This document shows positions 26,243 to 37,954 of a stretch of DNA of 64,000 bases, in pieces. The notes beneath the pieces were generated by a model. That model worked only from the letters and a program-made list of their open reading frames with translations. It did not search any database and had not been told where the DNA came from. The DNA is from Octopus sinensis (lineage: Eukaryota): contig NC_043008.1 in NCBI RefSeq assembly GCF_006345805.1, forward strand, positions 77,128,001-77,192,000, read 5' to 3'. The position numbers were made by a program, and so were the translations under genes. Each line of letters opens with the position of its first letter. Position 1 is the first letter of the stretch.

Positions 26243-27894
26243 GGTTCCGGTCGTGGAGTTGACTTCTTGACACTGAACGGTGAGGAGGTGAGCTTTCAGC
26301 TCCGTCCTAAAAAGAAAAAAGAACAAAAACAGAGAAGGTTGTCGAGGTAGGTGATTTTGTGTGTTGTGAGTTGGGCATAATTTATTGCGTGCGAATTACT
26401 TTTTCAGTAAATTGCGCCCAGCTCTGGGACAATTTCGCCTGCTCTCGGCGGCTGCTGTTTTTGTGTATTGAGAATTTATTGGATTCATTTTTGGTGGGGC
26501 GTATCCTCGCCCGAATAGAACCTGTTGCTGTTGTTGGCTGTATTGTGTTTGAATTACCGGACAACAAAAAAGATTTATGCCAAGGAACCTATCCACATTA
26601 GGCCGGGATTACCTGTTGACCAATTGGATTTTTGCTGTGTGAACTGTTTTTTTATTTTCCGTTTATCCTTTCTGATTTTTTCATTCCTTTTGAACAGCTA
26701 ATTAATTTTTGGACTTACTTTTTTTTTTTTGTTTTTTGTATTTTTTAACTTTTTGTGAACCTTTTTAACATTCTATTGACCTTTGGACTTTTTTTTGGAA
26801 CTCTTAAGACTTTCTTTTGCACATGGGAAAAATAAACGGTGCCGCTGCTTTGGAGTGGGAGGTGGTCCCACCCAAACAGTGGATTAAAGATCTTGAGAAG
26901 AGGACGGTGGTACTACGGATCTATTCTAGGTCGTGTGGTGCCATCGCCCTCTTCGACAAGAGCGTAATAGAGAAAGAGTTGGCAGACTACCTGCCAACTA
27001 TAAAATTTATTTCACGGGGGACCAAATTTGCAACGGTGTGGTTGCTGTTTGGTACCTCTGAGGAAGCTGGCAGATTTGCCAGCGAGCCCCTTGAGGGAGA
27101 AGAAATTTTGTTCCTCCACACTTATTGTGGGAGGAAGATAAGAAGAGCCAGGGTGTGCGGACTGCCCCGGGCACGGAGGCGGGATGGATCGAGAAGACCA
27201 TCCGGCGAGGCCTGGGGGATAGCGGGCCCAGGCTATTGAGTGTGAAGATTACTCCCGCGGTCGACTGGGAGGGGTCAAAGGCAACTTTAACCCTGTGGAC
27301 CCCGGTGGCTGTGGGAGACATGATGTTTCCGGATTTCCTAAAAATGGCCGGGTACAGGTACCTGGTGATACTTGAGGGACGCCCCCCCCCCAAGTGTCAC
27401 CTGTGCCTGGAGCCTGGCCATATCAAAAAGAACTGTCCAGGGAGCCGTGGTGGGGCCCTGGAGCATGAGAAAGAGAAGGTGCCCGCCGCCCCCTCATTGG
27501 AGGGGGAGACGGTGGAAGTCGTGGAGGAAGTTGCCTCCACGAAAAGAAAAAGAAAGGTGAGCAACTGCTCACCAAAAATGTTCAGGCGGTGGAGGAGGGT
27601 AGCGACCCCTCGCGTCTGTCGACGCAGCCCCCTGCTCCCGCAGCCTCAAAAAGAAACAGGAAAAAGAGGAGCAGAGGACGGTCGACGGATGTTCCTGGGC
27701 CGCCGACGGAGCCGCAGGTGGGATGTGTGCCACCTGCGGATAGGGCTCCGTCAGTGGGAAGTGTGCCACTGACAGAGCAGTGTGAGGTTTCATCCCTCTC
27801 ATCCGTATCATTTTGTTTCATTTCATCTCATCTTGTCCATGTCCAGCCCACAAGCTTCTCTCTGTAAGGCCTATATGGCCAATTTAATGAAATA
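26243..27894 (+). mobile_element. ORF1-only (HAL1-like) non-autonomous Tx1 derivative inserted in an OR-type SINE
   Basis: Perfect 15-bp TSD AAGAAGCTTGCTTCC at 26228-42 and 27895-909. ORF1 with CHLCLEPGHIKKNC (27395-27436). Tail hairpin GGCC-TATAT-GGCC. No APE or RT sequence is present. Confidence 0.8.
26817..27772 (+). pseudogene. Tx1-type ORF1 with CCHC knuckle, frameshifted
   Basis: FISRGTKFATV parallels LARGTSFATI in the 13-14 kb ORF1, and LEGRPPPKCHLC parallels VEGRKPCCFKC. Confidence 0.75.
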
Positions 27895-28034
27895 AAGAAG
27901 CTTGCTTCCCAACCACATAGTTCCGGGTTCAATCCCATTGCGTGGCACCTTGGGCAATTATCTTCTACTATAACCTCGGGCAGACCGAAGCCTTGTTAGT
28001 GAATTCGGTAGACGGAAACTGAAAGAAGCCCGTC

Positions 28035-28035
<1 letters not shown>
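27895..28035 (+). mobile_element. Remainder of the split OR-type SINE (5' part at 26208-26242)
   Basis: The sequence continues the SINE pattern exactly across the TSD. Confidence 0.85.
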
Positions 28036-28080
<45 letters not shown>

Positions 28081-28085
<5 letters not shown>

Positions 28086-29554
28086 TATAGAGACAAAACC
28101 ACTATTTTGCAAAACAAACAAGGAAAGACTTAATCAATACATAAAATTTTAATAAATAGTAAAAAAAAAAAACGCCACTACAATTGTTCTTGTCTTGATC
28201 GACAATCTTCAGGTGGACTTAAAATCTTTAACATTATTAACAAGTTTCAAGATAAATCCTTTCTAGAAGGAATAGGAATATCTTTCAAAGATGAATCCCA
28301 AAACAGCGGTTCTATCTTACCTGTAAAATCCATAATTTACGAAATTGAGGTATTACACTCAATATACAAAATTATCAATATTATATAAATAATAAATATT
28401 AGGAAATAAATCCAAATTTACAGGGAAAAAATCAGATTTAGGATTAAATCGATTTTATAGTAAAATATTATAAAATATTATTCGAGACAAAACCACTATT
28501 TTGCAAAACAAACAAGGAAAGACTTAATCAATACATAAAATTTTAATAAATAGTCAAAAAAACCGCCACTACAATCGTTTCTTGTCTTGATCGACAATCT
28601 TCAGGTGGACCAAAATAAATTCCTTTCTAGAAGGAATAGGAATATCTTTCAAAGATGAATCCCAAAACAGCGGTTCTATCTTACCTGTAAAATCCATAAT
28701 TTACGAAATTGAGGTATTACACTCAATATACAAAATTATCAATATTATATAAATAATAAATATTAGGGAATAAATCCAAATTTACAGGGAATAAATCAGA
28801 TTTAGGATTAAATCCAATTTTATAGTAAAATATTATAAAATATTATTAGAGACAAAACCACTATTTTGCAAAACAAACAAGGAAAGACTTAATCAATACA
28901 TAAAATTTTAATAAATAGTCAAAAAAACCGCCACTACAATTGTTTCTTGTCTTGATCGACAATCTTCAGGTGGACTTAAAATCTTTAACATTATTAACAA
29001 GTTTCAAGATAAATTCCTTTCTAGAAGGAATAGGAATATCTTTCAAAGATGAATCCCAAAACAGCGGTTCTATCTTACCTGTAAAATCCATAATTTACGA
29101 AATTGAGGTATTACACTCAAAGTCTTTCCTTGTTTGTTTTGCAAAATAGTGGTTTTGTCTCTAATAATATTTTATAATATTTTACTATAAAATTGGATTT
29201 AATCCTAAATCTGATTTTTTCCCTGTAAATTTGGATTTATTCCCTAATATTTATTATTTATATAATATTGATAATTTTGTATATTGAGTGTAATACCTCA
29301 ATTTCGTAAATTATGGATTTTACAGGTAAGATAGAACCGCTGTTTTGGGATTCATCTTTGAAAGATATTCCTATTCCTTCTAGAAAGGAATTTATCTTGA
29401 AACTTGTTAATAATGTTAAAGATTTTAAGTCCACCTGAAGATTGTCGATCAAGACAAGAAACAATTGTTTTGACTATTTATTAAAATTTTATGTATTGAT
29501 TAAGTCTTTCCTTGTTTGTTTTGCAAAATAGTGGTTTTGTCTCTAATAATATTT

Positions 29555-29556
<2 letters not shown>
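28081..29556. repeat. Tandem (394, 365 and ~272 bp) plus inverted array of a hammerhead-bearing monomer within (TA)n (retrozyme/pseudo-LTR-like)
   Basis: GAGACAAAACC starts at 28090, 28484 and 28849. The orientation inverts at 29120/29121, and the inverted copy runs to ~29556. Confidence 0.9.
28931..28973 (-). ncRNA. Minimal type I hammerhead ribozyme (monomer 3; homologues at 28175-28216 and 28566-28608 minus, 29431-29469 plus)
   Basis: CCAC-CUGAAGA-UUGUC-GAUCAA-GACAA-GAAA-CAAUUG-UA|GUGG. Stem III is the palindrome ACAAUUGU. The U-A closing pair of stem II is atypical. Confidence 0.75.
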
Positions 29557-29588
<32 letters not shown>

Positions 29589-29618
29589 ATATATATATAT
29601 TTTTATATATATATATAC

Positions 29619-29659
29619 ACTAGCATTATGACCCGTCGTTACTGGGCCATAGTGCTAGT
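29619..29659. repeat. 41-bp near-palindrome with ACTAG termini (miniature Helitron/Helentron-like relic)
   Basis: ACTAGCATTATGACCCG-TCGTTA-CTGGGCCATAGTGCTAGT. Confidence 0.55.
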
Positions 29660-29779
29660 GCATGTACATATGTGTATATATATGTGTACATATTACACGT
29701 ACATCTATATATATACATCTACACATAAAATACAAAATACAAAGTTATATCTTGATATCGCTAGTGATAAGAATACTCA

Positions 29780-30700
29780 AAATATATAATAGACTGGAAT
29801 TGTAGGCCCGTCTCTTGCAATTTAGATCAATTGTATCTTGTCCTCCCTCTTGTATAGAAGTGTGGCTACAATCCAGCCTACCTCTACTTCTGTGGGTGAC
29901 ATTTTAAATTTTTATTCGGCACGTCCTACGTCCCAGATATAAAGGTAAAAATAAAATATTTCCACTTTGCAAGGTTCGAGTCGAGTACTTCCTTGCACGC
30001 TCCGTTGACTCGAACTTTGCTTCTATTGTGGCGAATTTACCGTCTCTGGTTAGATATCTTTCATAGTCGCACCAAGATACTTTTCGATGGTGCTTTCCTC
30101 CAGGTGTTCAAATCTTTTTTTTTACTCTACATTGTATACTTTATAGACAATAGTCTTTTCTTTAATTTAATTTTTTATTTCGTTTGGTGGTATTATCCTA
30201 GATTCACCGTCTTTGTCGGTGATCAATCCGAAATAGGTTTGTATTTCTTCCATTTTAATTTTAATGAGTTCGCGCCCGCCGACGGCTGCAGCGAAATTCA
30301 TTTTTGGACTTTCTTCTATCGAAGGCATTCTAACAAAAATGCTTCCGTGTAAACGGTGAAAATATTGTCAATTTCCCCAAACAGGAACACAATTCAATTT
30401 TTAAATAATAACCAAAGTTCCTTCTCCCAAAGAGGGAGGGTTACAGTTTACAATTATTTAACAAATGCAACACAACAACGTTTCCCTTACGAGGAACCAA
30501 CAAATGTGATAACAATAGTTAAACAGTAATAATAATAGCAACAAACCTTATGGTGAATCAAAAAGCAGTTCGCAGTTGAAGCTATAGTCCTTTATGTATA
30601 AGAAATAAACCAACAGCAGTACTCAGTAGAAGCGGCTGTTCGAGAAAACAGACATTACATACAGCCAAACTTCATATAGATACTTAATGCTAGCTAATTA
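29780..30700 (-). pseudogene. 5' UTR plus N-terminal ORF1 fragment of another Tx1 copy
   Basis: FATIEAKFESTERARKYSTRTLQSGNILFLPLYLGRR parallels FATIEARFESAEKARDFSTRTVQSGNILLLPLYLGRR at ~13.9 kb. Confidence 0.75.
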
Positions 30701-30719
30701 GCAGATAATCTAATGTAAA

Positions 30720-30961
30720 AGCTGTGGTAAACGGTATGTTTTTGTTTCACTTTTAACACGTAATACTGAAATAGTGGAGAAGATATGATATTGCTATGGG
30801 CTCGCCCTAGGCAAGAAGTTGAAAATTTTTTTGCCGATGACACTCCCCGGACCCCAAGTAAGGCATGTGTAAAATTTGAATGAAATTGGTTGTGTAGTCC
30901 TCAAGTTTTAGGGAAATACACAGACAGACAGACACACATTCTCAGTTTTATATATATAGAG

Positions 30962-30962
<1 letters not shown>
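30720..30962 (+). mobile_element. Helentron-associated (DINE/HINE-like) element end
   Basis: AAATTTGAATGAAATTGGTT...ACAGACAGACAGACAC...TTTTATATATATAGA is the typical end layout. A matching start type (ACTAGCAG...CGGCGTTGCCCGG) occurs at 51015-51050. Confidence 0.45.
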
Positions 30963-31008
<46 letters not shown>

Positions 31009-31019
31009 TGTGTGTATGT

Positions 31020-31205
31020 TGTTTGTGTCTGTGTTTGTCCCCCACCATCGCTTGACTACCGATGTTGGTGTGTTTACATCCCTGTCACTTAGTAAAAGAG
31101 ACCGATTGAATGAGTACTGGGCTTACAAAGAATACGTCCTGGGGTCGATTTATTCGACTAAAGGTGGTACTCCGGCATGGCCGCAGACTAAAAAGAATAA
31201 AAGAA
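31020..31205 (+). mobile_element. OR-type SINE 3' half
   Basis: Family motifs. Confidence 0.75.
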
Positions 31206-31219
31206 TATATATATATATA

Positions 31220-31490
31220 TAATTGAAATTTACAAGAAAAACAAAAGACAAAGAAAGGTATATGAACAACAAGCAGGTTTATTGGTTTGGGGAAGTAAGA
31301 AAGTCTTTTATGTTTCGAGCCTACACTCTTCAACAGAAAGGGATATGAGAAAATAAACAGAGAGATAATAAAAAGACTAGTGGATTCAGTGATCAAGCAT
31401 GGCGATTGGTTGGGGAAAAAGGGTTTAACAGGAGAGGTAGAAAGAAAAGGAGATAATAATGAATTGGTGATCCCAAAACAAAGGTGCACG
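31220..31490 (-). mobile_element. Pseudo-LTR-like fragment with a degenerate minimal hammerhead (31305-31340)
   Basis: Similar to 48410-48600. The minus strand reads CUUU-CUGUUGA-A-GAGUGUAGGCUC-GAAA-CA-UA|AAAG. Confidence 0.45.
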
Positions 31491-32254
31491 TTTGTATGCG
31501 TATATGTGAGAATGTATATGTGTATGTGAGAATGTGAGAAAGTTTGTGTGTGTGGATAGAAGCTAGTGACTTCGACGTATGGATGTGTGCGTGTGTGAGT
31601 GCATCTGTAATGTATGGGTGAGTGGATAGTGGTGTGTGTGTGCGTGGATGATGGTGTTTGGGTATGTAGATGATGGTGTATAGTGTGGGTACTGGGAAGT
31701 GGTCAGTACTAGTGTGTGTGAAGTGGTGTGGGGTGGTGTGATGTGGTGTGGTGGTGTGGTGGTGTGAGTGGGAATGAGGGGTGGAGGTGTGGGGTAGCGG
31801 TGGGGTATGTGGAAGTTGGGTGTGTGGATGTGGGGTGTGGGTGCAAGGGTTCAAATAAAAAGAGAAGGTGGGTAGGAGTGAAGAGATGAAGTAGGTCTCA
31901 GATGAAGAGAGGAGAGGAGCAGAGTTAGATGAAGAGAGAAGTGGAGTTGAGCCCGTATGGCGCAAAGGAGCGAAGAGAGAATATTAATTTCTGTTCACGG
32001 CGAAGGCGGGAGTCCGGATGGCCCCTGTGCAAAGACAATCCGAACACAGACACGTGTTGTAGAGAATATCCGGTAGAATGACCTAGTTGCGGCCACATGC
32101 TAGGGCACTACATTGAAGAATTTTTAATTGACTTCAGTACTGGTTTTAGAGCCTGGTAGTATATTCTATCGGCTTTTTTTGCCGAACTGCTAAGTTACAC
32201 ACCAAGACCGACTGTCAAGCGCTCGTGGGACCGCTCCCCAGTCACACACAGGTT

Positions 32255-32420
32255 TGGCTGTGTGGTAAGAAAGCTTGCTTCCCAACCACATAGTTCGGAG
32301 ACCGATAAAATAAGTACCAGACTTACAAAAAATAAGTCCAGAGGTCGATTTCTTCGACTAGAAGGCGGTGCTCCAGCATGGTCTCAGTCAAAATGACTAA
32401 AACACGTAAAAGAATAAAAG
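32255..32420 (+). mobile_element. OR-type SINE, internally deleted
   Basis: Family 5' and 3' motifs joined. Confidence 0.7.
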
Positions 32421-33249
32421 AACATATGTACACTTAGAGAGACAGAAAAATTGATATATAAGTAAATATGCTTAGATAAATGCACGCATGCATATACGTA
32501 TCTACGAATATACATTCATTCATTCATTCATTCATTCATTCATTCATTCATTCATACATACATACATACATATATGCGTTCAAATATACAAACATGCATA
32601 TAGGCGCATAACATCGTTAGACATACATATGTGTATACATATATGCACACACATGCGCGCACAGAGTTAGGAGAGAAAGATTTAGTGAGAGCGGAGGAGG
32701 GTGGAAGGAAGAAAAAGACAAGTATAAACATAGCGATGTGAAGAGGAATAAAGTAATAGAGAGGGGTTGAGACATTGAAATGATGTCTGCTTTTCTGAAA
32801 TGAGAGAGGGAGAGGAAGAAGAGCGGAGGAGGAGGAGGAAGGAAGTGAGATGAGAAAAGAGTAAGAGAATGTGTGAAAGAGAAAATGAAAAGGAAAGAAA
32901 ATTAGAGGAGAGAGAGCAAAGCGAATGAGAGAGAGAGAAGAGAATGATAGGGAAAGAGAGGAGAGAGAAAATGAGTCAGAAAGAGAGTGTGAAAAAGAGG
33001 AGTGAAGGAGAGAATCTGTGTTATGCCTGCTTCCTGTGAAATAATAATAAGAAATCGTCATCATCATCATCATCATCATCGCCGCTGCTGCTGCTGCTGT
33101 TGTTCAGTTCCACAGACAATAATATATCCCAGTCTAAACCGACTAACCTTGTTCTGAATATCATCATCACTACCATCTCTACCTCCAGCATCACCGACAC
33201 TATTTTCCTCATCACCATTACCACCAACATCTGCACTGCTACCATTATC

Positions 33250-33273
33250 GTCAAATCATCATCATCATCATCG

Positions 33274-33305
<32 letters not shown>

Positions 33306-33306
33306 G

Positions 33307-33352
<46 letters not shown>

Positions 33353-33353
33353 T

Positions 33354-33393
<40 letters not shown>

Positions 33394-33395
33394 CC
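33250..33395. repeat. (CAT)n microsatellite
   Basis: Direct reading. Confidence 0.95.
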
Positions 33396-33675
33396 AGTAC
33401 CACCGCCACAAACAATATCGCCATCACCTCCCTCATCACTATACATACCACCGTATATACCGCCATCATCACTGTGTATACGAACGGGTATTTACACTGT
33501 CTGATGGTGTATCCATGCGGCTGTCTTTGTGTGCGGTATATGAGTGCATATAACAAACTGTGTACACACGCACACATAGACATACAAGGCGCTATACAGT
33601 GTGTATGGGTGAGATGTATGTTCTGTGTGGGTGTGTCTCTTATGAAAGTACACACAGGGGAGTGGGTGGAAGCAT

Positions 33676-33706
<31 letters not shown>

Positions 33707-34006
33707 TACATACATACATTGGAATGAGAAACTGCATAAAAAGTCTGTGTAATGTGTATGTGTGTTTGTGCGCGCGTATGCTACTAGGCAAGCATCTGTC
33801 TGTGGGCGCGTGTGTGTGTGTATGTATCTGCGAAGGTGTGGGTGACCGTCTGTGTATGTAAGTTTATTAGTGTAGTGACGATATTGCGCATGCTTACACA
33901 CATACAGACACGCAGACAGACAGACACACACACACACACATACATATATACACATATGCGTAACTGTGTTGTGCATTTCCGACGTATGTACGTATCTCAA
34001 CACAAC

Positions 34007-34041
<35 letters not shown>

Positions 34042-34171
34042 GAGAGAGAGAGAGAGGGCGGGGAGAGAGGGAGAGAGAGAGAGAATCACTGTGGCAACTT
34101 GCAGAGAGAGTGGGGAGCAGGAGGAGGAAGAGGAGGAAGAGGAGGAAGAGGAGGATGGAAAGTGGGAGAGA

Positions 34172-34205
<34 letters not shown>

Positions 34206-34965
34206 GAGAGAGAGACAGAGACAGAGACAGAGTGAGAGAGAGGGAGGAGGCTGAAGGGAGAGATTCAACAGCCAGTGTCAGAAATTCCTGCAACCTATTG
34301 ACAAAGTGAAGGTTGTAATAAGATTGATGTGTGGGAGTAGGGGGGGGACAAGAATCAAGGCCGACGTGTGTATATATATGGAAAGTACAGTAATTGGTGT
34401 AGAGAGACGGGGAAGGGGGAAAGAGAAAGGAAATGGTAGAGAGAGAGGGAGAGGGGAGAGGTAAGAGGGGGTAGAAGACAAGAATAGGAGGTAGGAGGTT
34501 TAGAATGCGTCAGAACATTGCAAGGAGTGTATGGAGAAATAACACGAGGGATGAGAGGTGAAGGAGAGAGAGATAAAGAGTAAGAGAGAGAAAAAGAAAG
34601 AAAGAAAGAGAGAGAGAGGGGTAAAAGACCCAGTAATAGAAGATCGACCGAATTCTTGAAACGCCAATGTTACTGGCCTTGAAAGGGCAATTTTATTGGA
34701 ACAAGAATGGAGTGGATTCTTTTCATACACGCGCGCGTATGAGTATGTGTATATGTACGTACGTGTGCGTGCATGTGTGTAGTGTGTGTGTGTGCATGTA
34801 TGTATGCGCGCGCGTGTATGTATGAAAACACGCAGAGAAGGGGAAGGGTGTGTTTTGTCGATTCATTATTTTTCTATTTTCTCTGATTCCGTCTCCAACT
34901 TTCTCTCACACTCCATCTCTATCCCTCTCACTGTCTCACCCTCAATCTCTACGTCTCTCGTTACA

Positions 34966-35015
<50 letters not shown>

Positions 35016-35110
35016 TTTCATATGTACCAAAATAACTATATATATATATATACATGCACACATATACAAACTCATACGTACATGCATGTATGTATATGTA
35101 TATATGTATG

Positions 35111-35156
<46 letters not shown>

Positions 35157-35178
35157 CATACATACATACATACATACA

Positions 35179-35254
<76 letters not shown>

Positions 35255-35838
35255 CGTGTGTGTACGAAAGCATATCTGTGTGTGTATATGAATGTACATA
35301 CACTTCGTATGGATAACAGTTCACTTAAAGGCGGAAGGCCCGTATCCACGAGAGCCTGCTACAAGGGGAGGGGATAAAGTTATGCCCAAACAGTGGGTAG
35401 GTTCAAAATGGACTCTCCTAAAACCAGACTATCCTAAAAACAGTTTATTTCCCAAATTACGCAAGGCTTTGAAAAAACGTTGAGGGCACAAAAATGACCG
35501 AGATGCCTCACGGGATGTATGGACCTGAAATCGTATACAGAAGAAGCGATCGTTTTAACCACACATCAATAGCTACACAACCATTCAGACATACATAACC
35601 TTACTTACTCTCACAGTGATACCTACTCACAGAAGTCATTCTATACACACTATTTTACCTTCACACAGCTATATCTTCATACATAGCCAAACCTATACAC
35701 CCCCATACATATACACAGCTCTACTTACATATAGCCAAAAAGTTACACACCGCCATACCTGCACGCCGATAAATCAACACACACATACTGCCATACCTTC
35801 TCACAAGCCATACTTACTCATATAGCCATACCTACACG

Positions 35839-36004
35839 CAGGGCCGGTCCTAGGGTTGTTGGCGCCCCGAGCAAGTTGAATTTCGGCGTGTACAAGCTGA
35901 CGGCCGCGGAAATTTCCTTGTCTTTGTCACACCCTCCTTGGCGCCCCCTAACAAATGGCTCCCCAGTCGACAGTCCGAGTTGCCGGTACCTTAAACTGGC
36001 CTTG
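35839..36004. mobile_element. hAT-type MITE, 166 bp
   Basis: TIRs CAGGGCCGGT / ACTGGCCTTG. 8-bp TSD CCTACACG/CCAACACG (7 of 8). Confidence 0.8.
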
Positions 36005-36469
36005 CCAACACGCATTCATACATACACATAGCCATGCCTAGATATAACCGTTCCTGTTCCACACCCACACCTACATACACACACAGCCATACGTACGAAC
36101 ATCCATATCTACGCACTCTTAAACCAACATACACAGCCGTACCTTCACACAACCCTTCTTACATACAGCCGTATGTATACACATTGCGTCACCAACACGC
36201 ACAGCCATATCTAATCGCACTCGCGCCTAAACACAGGTATACCTACATACATACCTACACGCAGCCAGATACACCAACACACAGCCTTATCTTTACACAG
36301 ATATAATAACAGGCATCCATATCAACATAGCAATACATAAAACACTGGCATACGAAAACATGACCATACCTACACATACACCTTGCTATATCTACATGCA
36401 CACATTGCTATAGCTACACACAGCCATACGCACACATATCTATACGTACATATAGCCATAAGTACAACC

Positions 36470-36705
36470 TATTTCTTTATTGCCCACAAGGGGCTAAACA
36501 TAGAGGGTACAAACAAGGATAGACATAGGTATTAAGTCGATTACATCGACCCCAGTGCGAAACTGGTACTTATTTAATCGACCCCGAAAGGATGAAAGGC
36601 AAAGTCGACCTCGGCGGAATTTGAACTCAGAACGTAACGACAGACGAAATACGGCTACGCATTTCGCCCGGCGTGCTAACGTTTCTGCCAGCTCGCCACC
36701 AGCTC
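36470..36705 (-). mobile_element. Full-length OK-type SINE with a 16-bp TSD
   Basis: TSD AGCCATAAGTACAACC at 36454-69 and 36706-21. Confidence 0.9.
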
Positions 36706-37301
36706 AGCCATAAGTACAACCATATGCTTATCCAACACAGTCCTGCAAACACACGTCCAATGTACATAGCCATACCTATACATAACCATTCTTGCACATA
36801 GTCATGTGTTGCATTATAGTATCTGGAGGTGACTATGTAGAATATGTGTTATATATAATATCGTGTAGGTTGCGTTACTGTATTCTTGGATGACTATTTA
36901 GAATATGTATGTTATAGTTTATACTTTAGTATTGTGAGGTGGTTGCGAAGAATTATGGATTATTCTATAGATGTGACTGAGTGTAATATGTTGTGTGACC
37001 TGTGTTATAGAATTGGGCGGTGACTGCGTAGAGTATGTGCTGTGTTTTATGTTAGAGGGTAACACAACAGAAAGGACTTTACGGCCCCAAAGTTTTAGAA
37101 ATTAGAAAAGCGATTGACCAATTATTCGACGTTAAACACGGAGATTGCATTGTCCGAACATAGGCGCGCTCGTTAAGGTAGGAGAGTACCAAAACTATTC
37201 AATGGGCCCGGGTGGCAGAGGCATGCTTCGGTAAGTGAGCTCAATACAGTCTTTGACAGACTTGGAAGGGCGTGTTATATCTGATTCCAAGAGGATGTGA
37301 G

Positions 37302-37954
37302 CAGTGGCGGCTCGTAGATAAAATTAATGAGGGGGTGGGGGGTGCTGCTTCAGAAAATTTTTAGCCGTTGTTTTAAAACTGTGTAAAAAGTAACAAACAT
37401 ATAAAAAGAAAATTTATGCATAAACTTGATCGGTTCGCGTTTTAGCCACCACCGGGTATTGAGTTTAATTTGTTCCCTGAACTCTACTGCGAATTACCCC
37501 TTGTTTTTCTAAACTCCCCACTAAAGTGGGGTGAGTAGGGAGATTGTGCCCTATTTTTCAAATCCTGGCGGCAACCCCGAAGCTGGAAGCAGGATAATAA
37601 TCTAATTGCATTCAAGAATATAAACACGTTTTTAAGCACAACACACGCAGAGTCAAAAAGAATCACTACCTTTCATCCGGCACTGTCGTTCACGCAGTGC
37701 TCTCTCTCCAGAGTGTGAAGCTTCCTATCTCAGACATGTGAGTATGCGCACAACAGCCAAACACTGCACTGTAAAGCACACAAGGACTTTTGCATTTTTT
37801 TCATAAACTGAGGGATGGCTACTGACATTAAGCTTAAGGATTATATAATGTAAAGAAAGAATTAAAGAAAAAAAGGACTTATTATATTGAATGTTATCGA
37901 TGATATCGAGTGGAAATAGGGGGTGCAGCAGTTCCTATACACGAGCCGCCACTG
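37302..37954. mobile_element. hAT-type MITE, copy 2
   Basis: TIRs CAGTGGCGGCTCGT / ACGAGCCGCCACTG. Perfect TSD GATGTGAG at 37294-301 and 37955-62. Confidence 0.95.

Noticed and set aside
28081-29120. Tandem array as CRISPR or satellite, and ORFs 28940-29149 and 29258-29464
   Set aside because: There is no repeat-spacer structure and the context is eukaryotic. The ORFs are identical mirror products of the repeat, and monomer indels break the frame.
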